From an uncultured Candidatus Rokubacteria bacterium (GTDB lineage: Bacteria > Methylomirabilota > Methylomirabilia > Rokubacteriales > DASRDR01): a stretch of DNA of 64,000 nucleotides. Position numbers and translations under genes: made by a program. Shown piece by piece: positions 58,371 to 64,000 of this stretch (its first letter is position 1; each line of letters begins with the position of its first letter). The stretch spans positions 384,001 through 448,000 of the forward strand of contig CAWGVS010000005.1 in NCBI GenBank assembly GCA_963826115.1, in the 5' to 3' direction. The notes under the pieces are model-generated. The model was not told where the DNA came from, searched no databases, and saw nothing but the letters and a program-made list of their open reading frames with translations.

Positions 58371-60287
58371 ATGACGCGTCGACACACGTGGTGCACGCTC
58401 GCGATGCTGCTGTTCCTCGGGACCGGCTCCGTCGGAGCCCAGGAAGTCAAACCGACCAGCCCCGCCACCGGGCCGGCCACCGAGGTGCGCCGGGCCGACC
58501 CCGTGGTCGTCACCGCGACCCGCAGCGAGCAGCCGCTCGAGCAGACGGGCGCGTCGGTGACCGTCGTGCCCGAAGAGGCGATGCGGGTCCAGGAGTACCG
58601 GGCCGTCGACGAGGTGCTGCGGACGATCCCCGGCGTCCAGATCGACACCTCGGGCAGCCCCGGCAAGCTCACGACGGTGCGGATCCGCGGCGCCAACCCG
58701 ACGCAGGTCCAGGTGCTGATCGACGGCGTGCGGGTCAAGAGCCTCACCTCCGGCGACTTCGATTTCGCCGACCTCACGCTCGACGCCATCGAGCGGATCG
58801 AGGTGCTGCGCGGCCCGCAGTCGACGCTCTACGGCGCCGACGCGATCGGCGGCGTGGTCAACATCATCACGAAGCGCGGGCAGGGACCGCCGTCCGGGTT
58901 CCTGGATCTCGAGGGCGGCAACTACGAGACCTTCCGGGTGCGCGGGGGCGCGTCGGGGAGCACCGGGCCCTGGAGCTACTCGCTGGGCGGGAGCCAGCTC
59001 TACTTCGGGGGGCAGTTCGACAACGACGAGCACGACCTCACCAGCGTGAACGCGCGGGTCGCGTACGCGCTGCCGAACAAGGGGGAGGTCTCGCTCACCG
59101 GCCGGTACCAGGACGGACACACCGGGATTCCCTTCGCCACCGTGCACCCGGACTTCGACCCGAATCGCGACCAGGACCAGCAGCTCTGGCTCCTCTCCGC
59201 CGAGTGGCGCCAGCCGTGGACGTCGATCTGGGAGCACAAGCTCCGCCTGTCGGCCGTCGACGAGACGCTCAACTTCAAGGACGACCCCGACCCCGCGCAC
59301 CCGTTCGGCTTCACGTCGGACATCTCGAGCCGGCGGTTCGAGGCCGAGTGGTACCACTTCATCACGCTGCCGTGGAACACGGTGACGGTCGGCGCCGAGT
59401 ACCGGAACGAGGTGGGCGAGGTCAAGGGTAGCTACCGGCAGACCATGGACTCCTGGGCGCTCGTGCTCCAGGACCAGCTCACGCTCTTCGACCGGCTGTT
59501 CCTGACGGGCGGGATCCGCTACGACGGGAACAGCGTCTTCGAGGACAAGGCCACGGCGCGCGTGGCGGCGTCCTACCTTCTGAAGGCCACCGACACGCGG
59601 CTCAAGGCGAGCTGGGGCCAGGGCTTCCGCGCGCCCACGTTCAACGAGCTCTTCTTTCCGGCGTTCGCGCCCTGTCCCGCGTTCGGCAATCCGAACCTCA
59701 AGCCCGAGGAGAGCACCGCCTGGGACGCCGGGGTCGATCAACACCTGTGGGAGCGGCGGATCCGGCTCGCCGCGACGTACTTCCGCAACGACTACACGAA
59801 CCTGATCCAGTCGACCCTCACCGACCCCGTGAACTTCTGCTTCCAGGCCCAGAACGTCGGCAAGGCGCGCTCCGAGGGCGTCGAGGCCGAGGCGAGCATC
59901 ACGCCGATCGACGGGCTCGTGCTGGCGCTCGTCTACACCCACACCGACTCCGAGGACCGGACGACGGGCGACCCGCTCCGGCGCATCGCGCCGGACGTGG
60001 TCGCGGTCACGGCCACGTGGGAGCCCTTGCCGGGCCTCACGCTCTCGGGCGAGGTGCAGTTCAAGTCGAGCCAGTTCGAGGCGCCGGGCCAGCCGAAGAA
60101 CCCCGCATACACCGTCGTGAACGCGGCGGCGGCCTACCGCTTGCCCATCAAGCGGTGGGGGTTCCTGTCGAACATCACGCTCCACGTGCGCGCGACGAAC
60201 GTCTTCAACGAGGACTACTCCGAGGTGGCGGGCTTCCCCGCGCTCGGAACGCAGGTCGTGGGCGGCATCCGCGCCGCCTTCGACTGA
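58371..60287 (+). CDS. btuB: TonB-dependent cobalamin receptor
   Basis: Signal peptide, VVVTATR, IRGA....VLIDG, IERIEVLRGPQSTLYG.DAIGGV.NIIT, GFRAP..NEL, NPNL.PE, C-terminal aromatic residue; preceded by a B12 riboswitch. Confidence 0.9.
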   Translation: MTRRHTWCTLAMLLFLGTGSVGAQEVKPTSPATGPATEVRRADPVVVTATRSEQPLEQTGASVTVVPEEAMRVQEYRAVDEVLRTIPGVQIDTSGSPGKLTTVRIRGANPTQVQVLIDGVRVKSLTSGDFDFADLTLDAIERIEVLRGPQSTLYGADAIGGVVNIITKRGQGPPSGFLDLEGGNYETFRVRGGASGSTGPWSYSLGGSQLYFGGQFDNDEHDLTSVNARVAYALPNKGEVSLTGRYQDGHTGIPFATVHPDFDPNRDQDQQLWLLSAEWRQPWTSIWEHKLRLSAVDETLNFKDDPDPAHPFGFTSDISSRRFEAEWYHFITLPWNTVTVGAEYRNEVGEVKGSYRQTMDSWALVLQDQLTLFDRLFLTGGIRYDGNSVFEDKATARVAASYLLKATDTRLKASWGQGFRAPTFNELFFPAFAPCPAFGNPNLKPEESTAWDAGVDQHLWERRIRLAATYFRNDYTNLIQSTLTDPVNFCFQAQNVGKARSEGVEAEASITPIDGLVLALVYTHTDSEDRTTGDPLRRIAPDVVAVTATWEPLPGLTLSGEVQFKSSQFEAPGQPKNPAYTVVNAAAAYRLPIKRWGFLSNITLHVRATNVFNEDYSEVAGFPALGTQVVGGIRAAFD

Positions 60288-60293
60288 GCTCTG

Positions 60294-60377
60294 GGGGTCA
60301 GGCTTTGCCATTCGGTCATTGCCCGGTTGGTCGACGTCGGCGTGGCCGGCGTCGTCCCGGGGGCAAAGTCTGACCCC
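60294..60377. repeat. REP/REPIN-like 16-bp inverted repeat
   Basis: GGGGTCAGGCTTTGCC (60294-60309) and GGCAAAGTCTGACCCC (60362-60377), 15/16 complementary, 52-nt spacer. Confidence 0.7.
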
Positions 60378-61014
60378 GATCGCGGGCGTCGAGATCGAGG
60401 CGCGCCCCGACGCGGTCTGGGTGCGGAGCGCGGCCCCGCTCCGCGTCCTCGCCTCGGCCGTGTCGGGGGGCGACCTCGAGACGACCCGCCACGTGGTGAA
60501 CATGCGCGTCGGGGGCGGCTACCACTCCGCCGACCCCGGACGGGACCTCGCCCAGTTCGCGCGGCGACTCGGGATCGCGGAGCCCTTCGTGGGGCTCATG
60601 ACGGCCGCGGCCACCGAGGCGGCGCGGATCGTGTGGGACGAGGCCGACGGGATCCGTGTCGGGGTCGTCGCGACGGTCGGCCTGCGAGTCCCGATGGCGG
60701 CCGGCGTCACGCCGCCGGTCGCGTGGCAGCCGTCCACGATCAACGTCATCGCGCTCCTCGACGCGAGCCTCGACCGTGCCGCCGCGGTGAACGGCGTGAT
60801 CACGGTCACCGAGGCGAAGGTCGGCGCGCTGGTCGAGGCCGGCCTCCTGGCGGAAGACGGCGTCCAGGCGACCGGGACGGTGACCGACGCCGTCGCGGTC
60901 GCCTGGACCGGCCGCGGCCCTCGCGTCGCGTATCTCGGGCCGGGGACCGCGGTTGGCTTCAGTCTCGCGCGCGCCGTGCGCCGCGCCGTCCTCGAGGGCG
61001 CGCGGTGGCGATGA
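60319..61014 (+). CDS. cbiZ: Adenosylcobinamide amidohydrolase
   Basis: SA..GG, VGLMTAA, TINV, TEAK, ATGT.TDA; corrinoid operon context. Start uncertain because it lies inside the inverted repeat. Confidence 0.88.
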   Translation: MPGWSTSAWPASSRGQSLTPIAGVEIEARPDAVWVRSAAPLRVLASAVSGGDLETTRHVVNMRVGGGYHSADPGRDLAQFARRLGIAEPFVGLMTAAATEAARIVWDEADGIRVGVVATVGLRVPMAAGVTPPVAWQPSTINVIALLDASLDRAAAVNGVITVTEAKVGALVEAGLLAEDGVQATGTVTDAVAVAWTGRGPRVAYLGPGTAVGFSLARAVRRAVLEGARWR

Positions 61015-61958
61015 CGCTCCGGCGCCCCGCGGCCATCCTTCTCGCGGTGGCCATCGACCTCGTCGCGGGCGAGCCGCCCGCGCCCTGGCATCCCGTGGTC
61101 TGGATCGGGCGGGCGCTCGGCTGGCTGGAACGCCGCGCGCCCGCACGGAGCGTCGCCGACGGCGGCGCGGCGATCGCGCTGGCGACGGCCGCCGTCTGGG
61201 CGATCGCGCGGATGGCCGCCCGCGCGACCCGGTGCCCGGGCTGGCCGGGGCTCGTCCTGGAAGCGGTGCTCCTGAAGCCGGCGCTCGCCCTCCGCGGGCT
61301 CGTGGAGGCCACCGACGGTGTGGAGGCCGCGCTCCGCTCGGGCGACCTCGAGGCGGCCCGCCGCCGCGTGGGGCGGGACCTCGTGAGCCGGCCGACGGCG
61401 GATCTCGGCGCGGACGAGGTGACCTCGGCCGCCATCGAGTCCGCGGCGGAGAACCTGGTCGACAGCGTCGCCGGGCCGCTCCTCGCCTACGCGGCGGCCG
61501 GGCTTCCGGCCGCGTGGGCCTATCGCGCCGTGAACACGGCCGACGCGATGTGGGGCTACCGCGACGCGCGCTACGAGCGGTTCGGCAAGGCCGCCGCGCG
61601 CCTCGACGACGTGATCAACCTGCTGCCCGCGCGCGTCGGCGCCGCCGCGCTCGCGGCGGGGGCGGCGGCGGTCGGCGAGGACGGCCCGGGCGCCGCCCGG
61701 GTCGCGTGGACGCAGCACCGCCGCACTGCGAGCCCGAACGCGGGCTGGCCGATGGCCGCGATGGCGGGGGCGCTCGGCGTCGGCCTCGCGAAGCGCGGTG
61801 CGTACCGGCTCGGCGAGGGAGCGCTTCCGACCTCGCCGGACGCGATCCGGCGCGCGCGGCGAGTTCTCGGCGCCGCGGCCGCGATCACGGTCGCGGTGGC
61901 TGCCGGCGTGGCGCTCCTCGGAGGGGGCCAGGCGGCGAGGGGAGCGGCGCGAGCATGA
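61011..61958 (+). CDS. cbiB: Adenosylcobinamide-phosphate synthase
   Basis: D...GEP...HPV.WIG, VSR.T, ES.AEN..D, YR..NT.DAM.GY, ARLDD..N..PAR, SPNAGWP.AA.AGAL. Confidence 0.95.
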   Translation: MTLRRPAAILLAVAIDLVAGEPPAPWHPVVWIGRALGWLERRAPARSVADGGAAIALATAAVWAIARMAARATRCPGWPGLVLEAVLLKPALALRGLVEATDGVEAALRSGDLEAARRRVGRDLVSRPTADLGADEVTSAAIESAAENLVDSVAGPLLAYAAAGLPAAWAYRAVNTADAMWGYRDARYERFGKAAARLDDVINLLPARVGAAALAAGAAAVGEDGPGAARVAWTQHRRTASPNAGWPMAAMAGALGVGLAKRGAYRLGEGALPTSPDAIRRARRVLGAAAAITVAVAAGVALLGGGQAARGAARA

Positions 61959-63106
61959 CCCGCGGGCTCGGCGCCGCGCTCGCCCTCTCGGTGCTCGTCC
62001 ACGGCGGGGTCGTGGCCGCGATCGTGGTCGTCGGCGTGGCGTGGCTCGGCGAGCCGCGCCCCGCGGTGGAGCCGGCGCTCTACGTCGACGCGGTCGATCC
62101 CGTCGTCGCCACGGGGGAGCGCCGCGCGTCCGCCGTGGCGTCGCGCCCCCGGGCGGAGGCTCCGCAGGGCCCCGACGGCCATGCTGCGCGTCGCATGCCT
62201 CCGGACTCGCCGCCGGCAGACGCACCCGCGCCTGCGCCGGCTCCTTCTCGCTCCACGGCGATGTCCGGCCCGATCGAGGTCATCGCGGGCGCGATGCCGC
62301 CTGCGCCTCCCGTCGCGCCCGCGGTTCCGCGTGTCGAGGAACCGCGCGTCGAGCCACCCGCGGCCGTCGTCGCGACGACTCCGCCGCCAGCTACAGCCAC
62401 ACCGGCCGCACCGGCGCCGGGCCCGAGCGCCGCGCGTCCGGCGCCGTCTTCGACGGTGGCGGCGCTCGCGTCGCTGGAATCGGTGGCCAGCGATGCGGCG
62501 TTGACCGCGCGGCGCGCGCCCGCGCCACCCGCGGCTTCCGCGGGTGAGGGCAAGGCTCACGCATCGGCGCTCGTGGCGAGCAGTCCCGCGATTGGCGGTC
62601 CTGCGGTGACGGGTCCCGCGACCGCCGGTCCCGCAGCGACCGGTCCGGCCACGCCCGGTGGTCCCGCGAGCGGCGGTGCGGGCGAGACGCCACGCTCGGG
62701 GGAACCCGGGGCCGCGGCCGGATCTGGCCCGGCGACTCAGGCGGGTTCGGGCTCCGGCAACGTCGCGCGGCTCCCGCCCGCCGACGGCGGCGGCGCCGGG
62801 CCGGGGGGCGGCATCCCGCCGGAGTACGAGGCCTACGTGCGCGCGCTCCGCCAGCGCGTGCAGGAGCGGCTCGTCTATCCCTGGACGGCGGTGCGCCGCG
62901 GCCTGGAGGGCGTGGTGGAGCTCGAGGTGCGCGTCGGAGCCGACGGCCGCCTTGTGGGCGTCGAGGTGGTCGCCGGTGCGAACGCGGACTCGCTCCGCTC
63001 GGCGGCAGTGGCCGCAGTCCGTGGCGCCGCGCCGTTCCCGTTTCCGTCCGGCCTCGCGGCTCGCCCGCTCGTCATCCGGCTCCCCGTCGAGTTCCGGCTG
63101 CGCTGA
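61955..63106 (+). CDS. tonB: Energy transducer TonB
   Basis: N-terminal TM with S...H, long Pro/Ala linker, C-terminal YP..A.R.G.EG.V...PVEFRL. Confidence 0.88.
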   Translation: MTRGLGAALALSVLVHGGVVAAIVVVGVAWLGEPRPAVEPALYVDAVDPVVATGERRASAVASRPRAEAPQGPDGHAARRMPPDSPPADAPAPAPAPSRSTAMSGPIEVIAGAMPPAPPVAPAVPRVEEPRVEPPAAVVATTPPPATATPAAPAPGPSAARPAPSSTVAALASLESVASDAALTARRAPAPPAASAGEGKAHASALVASSPAIGGPAVTGPATAGPAATGPATPGGPASGGAGETPRSGEPGAAAGSGPATQAGSGSGNVARLPPADGGGAGPGGGIPPEYEAYVRALRQRVQERLVYPWTAVRRGLEGVVELEVRVGADGRLVGVEVVAGANADSLRSAAVAAVRGAAPFPFPSGLAARPLVIRLPVEFRLR

Positions 63107-63168
63107 GAGGCCGTAAACTCCGCTTTTTCTTCGACCCTCTGGGGACGTGGGCTATAGTGGACGGCGCT

Positions 63169-64000
63169 ATGTCTCGGGACGTCACCACGGTCCTGTCGGG
63201 GGTGCTCCTGGACGCCCTCGGGCGGGCCGGTCTCCCAACCGTCGCCGCCTCGGACGTCGCCTGGGAGGTGCCTCGGGACCCGACCCACGGGGACTACGCG
63301 ACCAACGTCGCCATGCTCCTCGCCAAGTCGCACCGGCGTCCGCCGCGACAGGTCGCGGAGGCCATCCTGGCGCACCTTCCGGGCGCCCACGAGATCGAGC
63401 GCGCGGAAGTGGCAGGCCCGGGATTCTTGAACGTTTTCCTCTCCCCCGCGTACTGCCGCGCGGGCCTGGCGCGGGTTCTCGCCGAGGGCGACCGCTTCGG
63501 CACCGACGCCGAAGGGCAGGGCCAGCGCGCCATGGTGGAGTTCGTCAGCGCCAACCCCACGGGGCCGCTGACGCTCGGCCACGGCCGCCAGGGGCTCCTC
63601 GGGGACTGCGTGGCCAGGCTTTTCAGGGCGATGGGTTACGACACGACCCGCGAGTATTACTTCAACAACGCCGGGCGCCAGATGCGGGTCCTCGGCGAGT
63701 CGGTTCGCGCCCGATACCTGGAGCTCCTCGGCCGGCCGGCCCCGTTTCCGGAGGACGGCTACCAGGGCGACTACATCCGGGAGATCGCGGGCGACCTCCG
63801 GGCCCGGCACGGAGACTCACTTGCGGACGAGGCCGTGTTCCGCCAGGCGGCCGAGGACGGCATCTTCGCCGACATCCGCCGGACGCTGGACCGCCTCGGA
63901 ATCCGGTTCGACGTCTACTCGAACGAGGCCCTCCTCTACAGCGAGGGGAAGGTCGAGGGCGCGCTCGAGGCGCTCCGGGCCGCCGGGCTCGTCTACGAGA
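63169..64000 (+). CDS. argS: Arginine--tRNA ligase (5' part; runs off the window)
   Basis: Not in ORF track. HGDYATNVAM.LAK, AGPGFLN, VEFVSANPTGPLTLGHGR, REYYFN.AG.Q. Confidence 0.96.
   Translation, partial: MSRDVTTVLSGVLLDALGRAGLPTVAASDVAWEVPRDPTHGDYATNVAMLLAKSHRRPPRQVAEAILAHLPGAHEIERAEVAGPGFLNVFLSPAYCRAGLARVLAEGDRFGTDAEGQGQRAMVEFVSANPTGPLTLGHGRQGLLGDCVARLFRAMGYDTTREYYFNNAGRQMRVLGESVRARYLELLGRPAPFPEDGYQGDYIREIAGDLRARHGDSLADEAVFRQAAEDGIFADIRRTLDRLGIRFDVYSNEALLYSEGKVEGALEALRAAGLVYE

Noticed and set aside
1-64000. CRISPR arrays, tRNA/rRNA genes, IS elements, prophage or defence genes
   Set aside because: No regularly spaced repeat-spacer array, cloverleaf, transposase, integrase or nuclease-defence motif was recognised by eye; a covariance or HMM search could still find something missed.

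Overview
Very GC-rich (visibly >70%) bacterial chromosomal window, about 63 densely packed genes. No rRNA, tRNA, CRISPR array or transposase was recognised. TonB, a TonB-dependent receptor and a PEP-CTERM protein indicate a diderm. The gene style (orphan ABC substrate-binding protein, many SDR/LLM/2-hydroxyacid dehydrogenases) resembles Ca. Rokubacteria/Methylomirabilota, which is inference only. Most of the window is catabolic or housekeeping (msrB, corA, glnS, murB, hemH, argS). The right end holds a corrinoid uptake/salvage operon (cobU-cobT-btuF-btuC-btuD-btuB-cbiZ-cbiB-tonB) with two cobalamin riboswitches. Features the ORF track hides: (1) a peroxiredoxin-like selenoprotein candidate (in-frame TGA in a UxxC motif plus a SECIS-like hairpin); (2) a sigma-54 promoter with three 22-bp-phased boxes upstream of the PEP-CTERM gene; (3) many apparently leaderless genes (TANNNT exactly 7 nt before the start); (4) MurB with an extra N-terminal domain; (5) a REP-like inverted repeat at the cbiZ 5' end; (6) a decayed phosphonopyruvate decarboxylase. 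Seven single-base insertions between 11.9 and 23.5 kb are probably consensus errors. All product calls come from motif recognition by eye, not database searches.
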